Shown here piece by piece: positions 18,010 to 26,846 of a DNA stretch of 64,000 nucleotides. Position numbers and translations under genes: made by a program. The stretch lies in assembly GCA_965242865.1 (NCBI GenBank), contig CBDETK010000013.1, forward strand, positions 3,872,001 through 3,936,000, in the 5' to 3' direction. Within the stretch, counting starts at the first letter, position 1, and the number at the start of each line of letters is the position of its first letter. The notes beneath the pieces were generated by a model, which saw only the letters and a program-made list of their open reading frames with translations, did no database searches and was not told the origin of the DNA. This DNA is from Candidatus Latescibacterota bacterium. Its GTDB lineage: Bacteria > Latescibacterota > UBA2968 > UBA8231.

Positions 18010-20211
18010 CTAGTTCCCGATGAAGTCGGCGATGGCGCGGGCTTCGGCTGGGGTGAGGTGCAACAACGGCTTGGAGGTGCCTAGGGCAAACACCTGCGGA
18101 TTGGCGAGAAACCGCTCCAAGCGGGGCGGCGTCCACACCTCGTCTCGCGAGCGGAGGGCGTCCGAAAACGGGTAGCCGCCCACCGAGCCGATGCGCCGGC
18201 CAAGCACCCCGACCAGATGCGGACCCCTGCCGTGTTGCTCGGCATTCAGGCTGTGACAACCGCTGCAATGCAGGCCGTATAGCTGAGCCCCGGTCGCCGC
18301 GACCGCCCCTACCGTATCTGGTATCGAGTTCACCCCCGATTCGCAGTCGATCGCATAGACATTGCGGTCCCATTGTGAGTCATCGGCGCAGGGGGCGTAG
18401 GATCGGCTCAGGAAACGGACCCGCCCCCCATCGAACAATAGCGCGAGACGTCGATCCGGCATTTGCGCCAGATCCCGGATCTGGGCACCAACTTCAATGC
18501 GCTCGACGTATTGTACATCCGTGCCGTCGCGGCGGACTCGAAAGAGCGCGTGGCCGCTAGCCGAGGTGCCAGAAAGCGAACCGATCAGCAGGTCGTCTCT
18601 CCACAGGGGGAACCATCGCTCGTCATTGACGATGAGGCTGGAGACGCCGATGGACGGCACCCACGCGAAAACGGGCTTTGTGAAGCCCTCGTGGCGTCCC
18701 ACTTCTTCGATTAGGGGCACGATAACCTTTCCTGCATTCCCAACGCCATAAGTAACTTGCGGCCAACCGTAATTGCCGCCCGCTACCAACACGTTGAGTT
18801 CATCGCCGCCCTGCGGTCCGTGCTCGGTTTCCCACAAGGTGCCGTCCCCGTCCCGGGCGAGCCCCTGCGGATTGCGGAGGCCGAAAGCCAGCGTCTCAGC
18901 CCGGCCGGTCTCGATTTCAATGCGGACGAGCTTGCCAAAGTGCAAGTCCGGGTCTTGAGCGTGGCTATCATAACCATGATCTCCAATTACGACCAATAAG
19001 TGGTCGGGGCCATCCGTCACCATCCGGCCACCTGCTTGGAGTCCTCCGTTGTGGGCGATTGGTAAGCAGGGTTCTGCGTCGAATATCGCTTTCCACGCCG
19101 GCGAGACCACAACGGCCGCGCCTTGTTGCACAAGCGTCGTAGCGGACAACCGGAACCGGAGGCACTCGCCGGTGAAATAGTGATGCGTCACAAACAGTTC
19201 ATACCGCTCCGCCGAATGCTGCTTCAACAAAATGTTGGCCACTCGAAATCGGTCCAAGCGAAAATCTGCTTTGTCCGGGTGCGCTTGGAGTCCGGCCTGA
19301 TTCATCGGCACATTCCCCTCGAGATAGGCCACTTCGCCGGTTGGGCGCACCAGCGCGAGCTTCCCCCACGGCGTTGCCACGAGCAAGTCGTTGCCCAACG
19401 GCGCGAGGGCCCCACCGAGTGCGTGATCCCATCGAAGCCAGGCCCATGCCGATTGTAGATCATACAAGTGCGTCGTGAGTGTCCGGGCGGCACCGACGAC
19501 GCCCAACACCGCTGTCGCTGAGTACGACGCACCCTCTTTGTCATAGTCCACCTGCACCGACACGTGCTTTCCTTGCATGGCAGGCTCCATGAGGTACTCC
19601 CAAGTCGGTTGCCCTTGACGCTTCGGCAATACCTTGCAATCAGACCCGTCCGCGCTACAAATAAACCAATGCCACCGAGATCGGTTCGCAAATGGACGCT
19701 GGCTACCCAAGCCGACCACTGTGAATTCTCCCACCAACGGGGGCGAGGGGCCGTCAATGTCAATCGCATCGGCCGGGGCCGCTTGGAGCGTGGGGGCTGT
19801 TATCGAAGCTAGGGCCGACCACTCGGATGGCCCCTCGGCGTTGACTGCGGCCACCCGAACCTCATACTCCATGCCGCTCATCGCCCCCTCATATGTATAG
19901 GGCGAGGAAGGCGTCGTGTACTCGCGCCAAGCGGGGACGAGTTGGTTTTTCGGTCGGACCGCGACCTTGTAACGGGTCGCGCCAGGGACTTCGCCCCAAG
20001 CGACGGTCAGGCGTCGGTTGGAAGCACTAATGGCGATTTCGGTGGGCGTACCGAAGGCTTCCACCTTGTCGAGGGTGTTTTTGACGTACATGCAGCCAGC
20101 GGATGCCAACAGCATGAGCAAGAGAGCAGTGCCGAAACTAGGAAAGCGGATTTTTCGGGGGGGGGGGATTAACTTATTGTTTTTAAACAACTTACGACAA
20201 TTATTTAACAT
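18010..20211 (-). CDS. FN3 + glucose/sorbosone dehydrogenase + cytochrome c lipoprotein, paralog C (in frame)
   Basis: MLNNCRKLFKNNKLIPPPRKIR..LLASAGC; GSDH motifs; CSGCH. Confidence 0.88.
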   Translation of the reverse strand: MLNNCRKLFKNNKLIPPPRKIRFPSFGTALLLMLLASAGCMYVKNTLDKVEAFGTPTEIAISASNRRLTVAWGEVPGATRYKVAVRPKNQLVPAWREYTTPSSPYTYEGAMSGMEYEVRVAAVNAEGPSEWSALASITAPTLQAAPADAIDIDGPSPPLVGEFTVVGLGSQRPFANRSRWHWFICSADGSDCKVLPKRQGQPTWEYLMEPAMQGKHVSVQVDYDKEGASYSATAVLGVVGAARTLTTHLYDLQSAWAWLRWDHALGGALAPLGNDLLVATPWGKLALVRPTGEVAYLEGNVPMNQAGLQAHPDKADFRLDRFRVANILLKQHSAERYELFVTHHYFTGECLRFRLSATTLVQQGAAVVVSPAWKAIFDAEPCLPIAHNGGLQAGGRMVTDGPDHLLVVIGDHGYDSHAQDPDLHFGKLVRIEIETGRAETLAFGLRNPQGLARDGDGTLWETEHGPQGGDELNVLVAGGNYGWPQVTYGVGNAGKVIVPLIEEVGRHEGFTKPVFAWVPSIGVSSLIVNDERWFPLWRDDLLIGSLSGTSASGHALFRVRRDGTDVQYVERIEVGAQIRDLAQMPDRRLALLFDGGRVRFLSRSYAPCADDSQWDRNVYAIDCESGVNSIPDTVGAVAATGAQLYGLHCSGCHSLNAEQHGRGPHLVGVLGRRIGSVGGYPFSDALRSRDEVWTPPRLERFLANPQVFALGTSKPLLHLTPAEARAIADFIGN
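20157..20167 (-). repeat. C11 homopolymer in the leader (in frame)
   Basis: 11 G on + strand. Confidence 0.85.
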
Positions 20212-20274
20212 TGCCAATCCAAATGTGCCCTTATGGGAGTCATCTTTTTTCTCTGCCACCCGCTAGCGCCTTTC

Positions 20275-21240
20275 CTACTGACGGCGGTCCACCCAAGAAT
20301 GCAGGGCCATCATTCCCAAGATGATCGCGCCGATGAAGATGTTGTACGCCAGCCCGGGTACGCCGATGAGCACGATGCCGTTGCGCATCAGGCGCAGGAT
20401 GAACACCCCGAGCACCGTACCGACGATGGTGCCGCGCCCCCCCGTTAGGGCCGTCCCCCCAATCACCACCATGGCGATGACCTCTAGCTCGTACCCCGTG
20501 CCGCTGTTGGGGTTGGCCGCGGCCGTGCGGATGGAGCTGATGATGCCAGCGAAACCCGCCATGACGGCCGAGAGGACAAACAGCTTGACCTTGGTGCGCT
20601 CCACGCGCACACCGCGGGCGCGGGCGGCCTCGGCATTGCCGCCGGCGGCTTGGAGCCAGTTCCCCAGCTTGGTCTGCGTCAGCAAATAGCCGAGCAACAG
20701 CACCGCGGCCACAAACCAAAACAGCGACATATACACGCGCAAACCAGCCATCAAAACTCCCGACCAGCACCGCGGCGAGGAAGAGATCGGCGGCATCCCA
20801 AGTCCGCTGCGGAAACCCGCTCGTCACCACCAGCGCACTGCCCCGCACCACCAGCAACATGCCGAGCGTTACCAAAAACGAGGGAATCCGCAAGCGCGTG
20901 ACGAACAGGCCGCTGCACAGGCCGAGGGCCGCAGCCGTGCCCAAGGCGAGGGCAAAGCCGACCTCAATGGACGTGGCCCCGGTGTTGTACAAGGTCCACA
21001 TGAGCACCGGGCAGAACCCGAACAGCGAGCCGACCGAAAGGTCGAATTCCCCAGCCGTCATCAGCAGGGTCATGGCCAGTGCGATCAGCCTAGCTCCACC
21101 GTGAAGGCCAGCATGTTGCCGATGTTGCGCGGCGATAGAAACGCCGGGTTGATCTGCCAGAAGACAAAAATCATCACCAGCAGCAGGGCGAACGGGCCAA
21201 ACTCAGGACGCGACAGGACGCGCTGTACGGCTGCGTTCAT
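20275..21240 (-). pseudogene. Sugar ABC transporter permease (RbsC-like), two frameshifts
   Basis: MNAAVQRVLSRPEFGPF.. from ATG 21240; 'GEFDLSVGS' and 'YELEVIAMVVIGGTALTGGRG' lie in different frames; breaks near 21089 and 20750. Confidence 0.82.
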
Positions 21241-22176
21241 CTATTTGCCCGACAGAATGGCGTCGTAGAGCGGGGCCTTGTCGGCCTCGTAGAGTTGGCC
21301 GGTGATCACGTCAAACCCCGCGGGGATGCCGCTGGCAGCCATGGCCGCCAACGACAGGGCCACGTAGCTGGTCGCGTGCGGGGCTTGCCACTGGGCGGCA
21401 TTCACGTATCCGGCGAGCACCTCTTGGGTCGTGTCGAGGGAATTGCCCCAGCCAACGACCGGAATTGCCCCGGGCGCGATCCCGCACTGGTCGAACACGC
21501 GCTTGATGCTACCAGTTACCAAGTCGCCGAGGCCGATGATCGCGTCGATGTCGTCGATGTTGGCCGTCATGTAGTCAACCATGCGGGCGATGGCTTCGGC
21601 TTGGTCGAGGGTCGCGTCGGTGACTTCCCAAGCGATGCCCAACGGCTCAAAGACGCTGGCGACGCCCTGCTCCTCTTGGACGCCATAAGTTGCGCCCGGC
21701 ACTTCCACCGGCATCCAGACGAAGTCGCCGGATTTGACCAAGCCCTTGTCAACCAAGTACTGAGCCCACTGCCGACCAATCTCCACTATATCGCCGCCCA
21801 CGTAAGCGTCAAAGCTGGCAGTGGGATCGGGCGTGTTCATGTTGATGATGGGTATGTTGGCTTCGTTGGCCTCTTGCGCCACCTCCACCAAGCTGCCCGG
21901 ATCTGGGCTGCTGGTGACGATGCCATCGGCACTGGTGGCAATAGCAGCGCGCACGGCCTCCTGATGAGAAGCCACATCGCCGTTGTGGAAGGACATGTTG
22001 ACCTTGTGGCCGGTATCCCGTTCCCACTGACGCGCACCGGCCAGAAAGTAGGTCCACACCGGATCGGCGGGCGAGCCGTGCGAAATCCAGTAAAAGGTCT
22101 TGGCCTCAGCCAACGGCGCGCTCAGAGCCAGCAGCGCGCTGGCGAGCGCAATGATCCTCGTCTTAAACATCGGCAT
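21241..22176 (-). CDS. Sugar ABC transporter substrate-binding protein
   Basis: Signal peptide (AEA), 'DPVWTYF', 'DGIVTS', periplasmic binding protein type 1 pattern. Confidence 0.88.
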   Translation of the reverse strand: MPMFKTRIIALASALLALSAPLAEAKTFYWISHGSPADPVWTYFLAGARQWERDTGHKVNMSFHNGDVASHQEAVRAAIATSADGIVTSSPDPGSLVEVAQEANEANIPIINMNTPDPTASFDAYVGGDIVEIGRQWAQYLVDKGLVKSGDFVWMPVEVPGATYGVQEEQGVASVFEPLGIAWEVTDATLDQAEAIARMVDYMTANIDDIDAIIGLGDLVTGSIKRVFDQCGIAPGAIPVVGWGNSLDTTQEVLAGYVNAAQWQAPHATSYVALSLAAMAASGIPAGFDVITGQLYEADKAPLYDAILSGK

Positions 22177-22185
22177 TTCCCTCTA

Positions 22186-23085
22186 TTATCGGCAGCGGTG
22201 TGCCGAGACGGACAACTCAAGGGCCTCCACCTGCGCCAACAGCGTCTCCCGTTCGTCGGGACACAGGGGTCGCAACGGACGCCGAGGGTCGCCGCACTCC
22301 ATTCCTATGCGCTGACTGACCACCGCCAAGATGCTGCCGAAATAGCCGAATTGCGCCACTGTGCGGTGAAAGGCATTGGCCCGTTGCTGGGCCGCTTGGG
22401 CCGCGGCCAAATCGCCCGCTTGGTAGGCATTCCATAAGGCCATCCACAGCTCCGGGGCCGCGCACAAAGGACCATCGACCGCCCCGACCGCTCCGACGGT
22501 CATGGCGGGCAACATCAGCTTGCCGCTGCCGATAAAGGCGTCTAACCCCATGCCGACGAATTCGAGCAGGTTGGCGAATGTTGGCGACGAGTGTTTCAAA
22601 CCGACTGTCTGGGGCACTTCCTCGACTAGACGCCGCATGAGGGCTGGACTGACATCGAGGCCGGTGCAGGAGGGCAAATTGTAGATGAACAACGGCCGAT
22701 CCGCCGCGGCCCCCACGGCCCGATAGTATTCTACCACGCCATCGTCGTCGCCTTGGTAGAAAAAGGGCGGCACCGCGCATATCGCTTCCACGCCGGCTCG
22801 GGCGGCGTGGGCCGCCAGTTTTTCGGCCCGCGCCGTGGTATTGGCTCCCACGTGCATGATGACCTGCGTGCGCCCCGCGTTCTGGTCGGCGGCGATTTCG
22901 GCGATGCGCTGGTTCTCCTCGTCGTCGAGCAGGACGCTCTCGCCCGTGCCGCCAGCGACCCAAAAGCCGTGGACGCCGGCTTGTATGTTGAACTCCATTG
23001 TGGCGCGGAAGGCTTGCTCGTTTAAGGTCCCGTCCGCGTTTTTCGGACTGACGATCGCCGGCACCACCCCGTGAAATTGCCCCAT
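22186..23085 (-). CDS. Dihydrodipicolinate synthase / N-acetylneuraminate lyase family aldolase
   Basis: 'GGTGES', 'VPPFFY', 'IYNLPSCTG', 'GLKHS'; RBS AGGAGG before ATG 23085. Confidence 0.9.
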   Translation of the reverse strand: MGQFHGVVPAIVSPKNADGTLNEQAFRATMEFNIQAGVHGFWVAGGTGESVLLDDEENQRIAEIAADQNAGRTQVIMHVGANTTARAEKLAAHAARAGVEAICAVPPFFYQGDDDGVVEYYRAVGAAADRPLFIYNLPSCTGLDVSPALMRRLVEEVPQTVGLKHSSPTFANLLEFVGMGLDAFIGSGKLMLPAMTVGAVGAVDGPLCAAPELWMALWNAYQAGDLAAAQAAQQRANAFHRTVAQFGYFGSILAVVSQRIGMECGDPRRPLRPLCPDERETLLAQVEALELSVSAHRCR

Positions 23086-23207
23086 GTTTCCTCCTTGTCC
23101 CTCTATTGTGTATAATACCTCAGCGAGCCTTGCGCGCCGAGGCGAACCGCGCTCAATATAGGCGTCAATCTCTCGGCTTCCAACACGCAGTCCACTAGGA
23201 GAATGAT

Positions 23208-24380
23208 ATGAAAAGCTATCGCGTGGCCATACTCGGTTGCCGGGGCCGCGGCACGGCCGCGGCCCGGGCATACCACGCTCACCCCCGCACGGAAGTCGTC
23301 GCCCTTTGCGACCTCGTGCAAGACCGGCTCGACGCCCTAGGAGACGAACTCGGGGTCGCGGCCCGCTACACCGACCTAGATGCGATGATGGGCCAGCACC
23401 AACCCGACATCGTCGCCATTCCCACCGGCACGGAGTTCCACCACGCGCTGGCCCTGCGCGTCCTCGACTACGGCGTCCACCTCGACATTGAAAAACCGCT
23501 GTGCGTCGATTGCCAGCAGGCCGACGAGGTGCTGGCCAAGGCCCGAGCGAAAAACGTCCGCATCGCAGTGCATCACCAAGGGCGCGTCGGCGTCTATATG
23601 CAAGCCGTGGCCAAAGCCCTGGCCGAGGGACGCATCGGCTCGTTGCGCCACATCCACGCCCACGGCAAAAACTACTACGGCGGCTACAACCTAATGAACA
23701 TCGGCACGCACATCATCAACAACATGCTCAAGGTGGCCGGCCCGTGCCGCAGCGTCGTGGCCACCGCCACCACCGCTGGCCGCCCCATCGCCCCGACGGA
23801 CGTGGTGCCCTCTCCGCAAGGGATGGGCACCATTGCTGGTGAACACATCACGGCGACGCTTAATTTTGCCGGGGGCGTCACCGCAACGCTCCTCCAGCAC
23901 CGCTTCCCCACCTCGGTCAATCCGGTGATGGAATTCTGCGGCAGCGAAGGCCGCTTGGTGCTCTCGCAGCTCGTCTGGAAAAGGGACATCGGCGCCCTCC
24001 TGCTGCCCCAGCCTCACTACGCCCTCAACAACGCAAGAGAACCTTGGGAAGTGCTCTCGCCCATCTACTGCGCGGGCTACGATCCGCAGAGTTCGGCCCA
24101 CCCAGACGACTACGCTTATGTAGAGGAATACGTCGCAGCCCTCGACGCGGGCCGCGAGCACGAATGCAGCGGCCAAGCCGGCCATCACATCGTGGAAATC
24201 ATGATGGGCATTTTCGAGGCCGCCGCGTACGGCAAACGGGTGGATTTGCCCCAGCCGGACCGCACCCATCCCCTCCTGCGCTGGCGGCGCGAAAACGGCT
24301 TGCCGCCGCCCGATTCCATGCCGCGTCCCTACGCCGAGTGGCTGGCGGCCGAGGATGTGCGGTTGGGGCGGAGTGGGTAA
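23208..24380 (+). CDS. Gfo/Idh/MocA family oxidoreductase
   Basis: VAILGCRGRG, 'IEKPL', 'NIGTH'. Confidence 0.88.
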   Translation: MKSYRVAILGCRGRGTAAARAYHAHPRTEVVALCDLVQDRLDALGDELGVAARYTDLDAMMGQHQPDIVAIPTGTEFHHALALRVLDYGVHLDIEKPLCVDCQQADEVLAKARAKNVRIAVHHQGRVGVYMQAVAKALAEGRIGSLRHIHAHGKNYYGGYNLMNIGTHIINNMLKVAGPCRSVVATATTAGRPIAPTDVVPSPQGMGTIAGEHITATLNFAGGVTATLLQHRFPTSVNPVMEFCGSEGRLVLSQLVWKRDIGALLLPQPHYALNNAREPWEVLSPIYCAGYDPQSSAHPDDYAYVEEYVAALDAGREHECSGQAGHHIVEIMMGIFEAAAYGKRVDLPQPDRTHPLLRWRRENGLPPPDSMPRPYAEWLAAEDVRLGRSG

Positions 24381-24418
24381 TTCAACAACGGATGGACGGA
24401 CAGGAGGTCCGAATCGAC

Positions 24419-25255
24419 ATGAACGACACTGAAAAATTCCTCTTTGACCTACAGGGCTTCATCGTCGTCCGCGAGTTCCTCTCGCAGCGCGAAGTCAAAG
24501 CCCTGAACGACGCTTTCGACGCGCACTGGGACCAGCGCCGCGAAGACCCAATCGGCGACCCCAGCGGCAACATGGCTGGAACGAACAAGCGCGGTATTTT
24601 CACCGGCATGCTCACTTGGGCGCAGCCCCATTGTCAGCCCTTCCGCGACCTGCTGGCGCACCGCAAGCTCCTGCCCTATCTCGACACCTTGCACGGACGC
24701 GGCTGGAAGCTCGACCACGAGCCGTTCCTGATCACCGGCTCCAAGGGCATCGAGGGCCTGCGCATCCACGGCACCACCAACGTCCTCTTTAATGGCTCTC
24801 GCTTCTACGCGTATTCCAACGGCCAGATGCGCTGTGGCCTGCTCGTCGTCCAGTACACCTTGCACGACCAAAACCCCGGCGATGGCGGCCTCTGCGTCAT
24901 TCCGGGCAGCCACAAGGCGAACTTTGCTTGTCCGCGGAAAATCACGACTTGGGAGGAGCACCCAGAAGTCGTTTACCAAGTGCCCCTGAAGGCCGGCGAC
25001 ATGGTCATCTTTAGCGAGAACACCTTACACGGTGCCCTACCGTGGCAGGCAGACCACGACCGCCGCGCCCTACTCTACCGGTACACGCCCAAGTACCTGC
25101 ACTACGATGGCGGCACGTATGAGGTCAGCCAGCCAGCATGGGTGTCGGAATTGACCGCGGCGCAGCAGGCGGTTCTCGAGCCGCCTTACATCTACCATCA
25201 CCCGCTCATTGAGCCGGATGGCGAGACCGTCGTCCGCCCGCGCCGCGAGGATTAG
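24419..25255 (+). CDS. Phytanoyl-CoA dioxygenase (PhyH) family Fe/2OG enzyme, H-G-T variant
   Basis: 'FDLQGFIVV', 'DGGLCVIPGSHK', 'KAGDMVIF..LHGALPW..RRALLY'. Confidence 0.85.
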   Translation: MNDTEKFLFDLQGFIVVREFLSQREVKALNDAFDAHWDQRREDPIGDPSGNMAGTNKRGIFTGMLTWAQPHCQPFRDLLAHRKLLPYLDTLHGRGWKLDHEPFLITGSKGIEGLRIHGTTNVLFNGSRFYAYSNGQMRCGLLVVQYTLHDQNPGDGGLCVIPGSHKANFACPRKITTWEEHPEVVYQVPLKAGDMVIFSENTLHGALPWQADHDRRALLYRYTPKYLHYDGGTYEVSQPAWVSELTAAQQAVLEPPYIYHHPLIEPDGETVVRPRRED

Positions 25256-25395
25256 CCTTGGGCCGCGTACTCTCCTGTTTATATCGCCTCAGTTGACCGG
25301 TACTGTTTCCGCATATTACCGAATATCTCACCAACTCCATCTAAATCAAGCGTCATTCCGCCGAAGACTTATTCTTAGCCAAAGAAGACGAACAC

Positions 25396-25432
25396 AAAAA
25401 GGCCCCGACGGTAGAAATACCATCGGGGCCTT
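25396..25432. terminator. Intrinsic terminator-like hairpin between convergent genes
   Basis: AAAAAGGCCCCGACGGTA-GAAA-TACCATCGGGGCCTT; U-run on the - strand. Confidence 0.75.
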
Positions 25433-25604
25433 CGCTTTCGCCAATCATGTACATGATCGGCTGTTGGTTTACGTGAGAGCGGCTTAGTCCCTATCGATGC
25501 GGCGATTGGTAGCGTCAATAGCTTGCCGCCGTTCGGCAGTACGCTCAAGACGGTCCAAGCGGCGGTCTAACTGCTCGGCGATTGCACGCGCCACAACTAC
25601 GGCC

Positions 25605-25811
25605 TCAGCCGAACCACAGCTTCAAGGCGAACTGACCGAGCAGCGACGTGATTAGCAGGCCGATGATCCACCGCTGCGCTGCTTCTATGCGATCCAGCCG
25701 CTTGTCCATCGAGTCAAAACGCTTGTCCAGTTGTTCGGCGATGCCTTCGAGCCGTCCTACACGGCGGTCAAGGTCGCGGTCGAGGTTCTGATCCAGCGTC
25801 GGGGTGCTCAT
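25605..25811 (-). CDS. Small coiled-coil protein with C-terminal TM helix (DUF1640/XhlA-like)
   Basis: MSTPTLDQNLDRDLDRRVGRLEGIAEQLDKRFDSMDKRLDRIEAAQRWIIGLLITSLL..; RBS AGGAG. Confidence 0.7.
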   Translation of the reverse strand: MSTPTLDQNLDRDLDRRVGRLEGIAEQLDKRFDSMDKRLDRIEAAQRWIIGLLITSLLGQFALKLWFG

Positions 25812-25959
25812 GGTCAACTCCTGTGATGTGAATAGATGGAAAAGGCCCCTGTCGGACGCGGAGCGGCGTCCGACAGCCGAAGAGGAAGATACGAAAATTC
25901 GGGCGCGATTCAAGCGGCCTTGCTTCAATAAAGAGCCTTCTGCCGCAGCCCCTCCACCT

Positions 25960-26829
25960 CTACCCCTGCCACTCCAAATTGATACTCGTGTACCCGTCCG
26001 TATAGCGGCGCAAATGCTCGGGTAGATTAGCCAAAAACCACTGGCCTTCCGCCGGGATTTCCCAAGGCACGTCAATGCGGTGGCGGCGAGGCCGGAAACC
26101 GATGCCGCAAGACAAGCGCGTCTCTTCAATGCGGTTGGGGAATGCGCCGTGATACGTGCGATGGGCGAAGACGATCATGTCGCCGCCGTTGGTGAAGAGG
26201 GGGACGAGGCCGGGGATGTCGAAGCCGTCGTAGGCGCGTTCCTCTGCGCCCTCTGGGTAGAAGGACCGCCGGTCAGCCGTCATGCGAAACCCTTCCGGTC
26301 CCTCCCAGCCCTCAACGTGGGAATCCTCAATGACGCACAGGCCGCCGTGCTCGGGCCGCGACCCGGTCAGGTAGAACCACTTGCCCGACGGCCACAGCTC
26401 GCGATTGAGGACGTCGCCCGAATGCTTGATCTCGGTCGAATAGCCGCACCAGTCGGTGTGCCACGCCACAGGAGCGGAACCGGTCCGGCGAATGATGGCG
26501 GCCGAGCGGTGGATCGTCAGTTCATCCGTGCCGATCAGGTGCCGGTGAATGTCCATGAAGGGCGCGTAGTCGAGCACCTCCCAAGCACCCGGACCAGACT
26601 CGATCCAAGCGTGCCGCGTGCGGCTCTCACCCGGCTGCAAGGTGCGCTCCGGGTCCGTGCCATCCCACGCCGCCTGCTTGAGCTGGGCGACGATTTCCGG
26701 CGGCAACACGTCTTTGATCACGGCGAAACCGTGCGCCTCCAAGCATTGGTCCACCGCGTCGAGCTCGCTGGTGGCAAACTCATAGCGATAGCCCAAGTCT
26801 GGCTTCTGAATGTGCAAATAGTCTTCCAT
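25960..26829 (-). CDS. PhyH family Fe/2OG dioxygenase
   Basis: 'WHTD', 'HGGLCVIEDSH', 'GDMIVFAHRTYHGA'. Confidence 0.82.
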   Translation of the reverse strand: MEDYLHIQKPDLGYRYEFATSELDAVDQCLEAHGFAVIKDVLPPEIVAQLKQAAWDGTDPERTLQPGESRTRHAWIESGPGAWEVLDYAPFMDIHRHLIGTDELTIHRSAAIIRRTGSAPVAWHTDWCGYSTEIKHSGDVLNRELWPSGKWFYLTGSRPEHGGLCVIEDSHVEGWEGPEGFRMTADRRSFYPEGAEERAYDGFDIPGLVPLFTNGGDMIVFAHRTYHGAFPNRIEETRLSCGIGFRPRRHRIDVPWEIPAEGQWFLANLPEHLRRYTDGYTSINLEWQG

Positions 26830-26846
26830 CGTTCCCTCTCCTTGCG

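Noticed and set aside
20212-20259. GTG 20259 as start of dehydrogenase paralog C
   Set aside because: Homology with paralog A supports ATG 20211; part of the extension lies outside the inferred insertion junction
23100-23207. TATAAT at 23111-23116 in a divergent intergenic region
   Set aside because: No convincing -35 or extended -10; direction ambiguous
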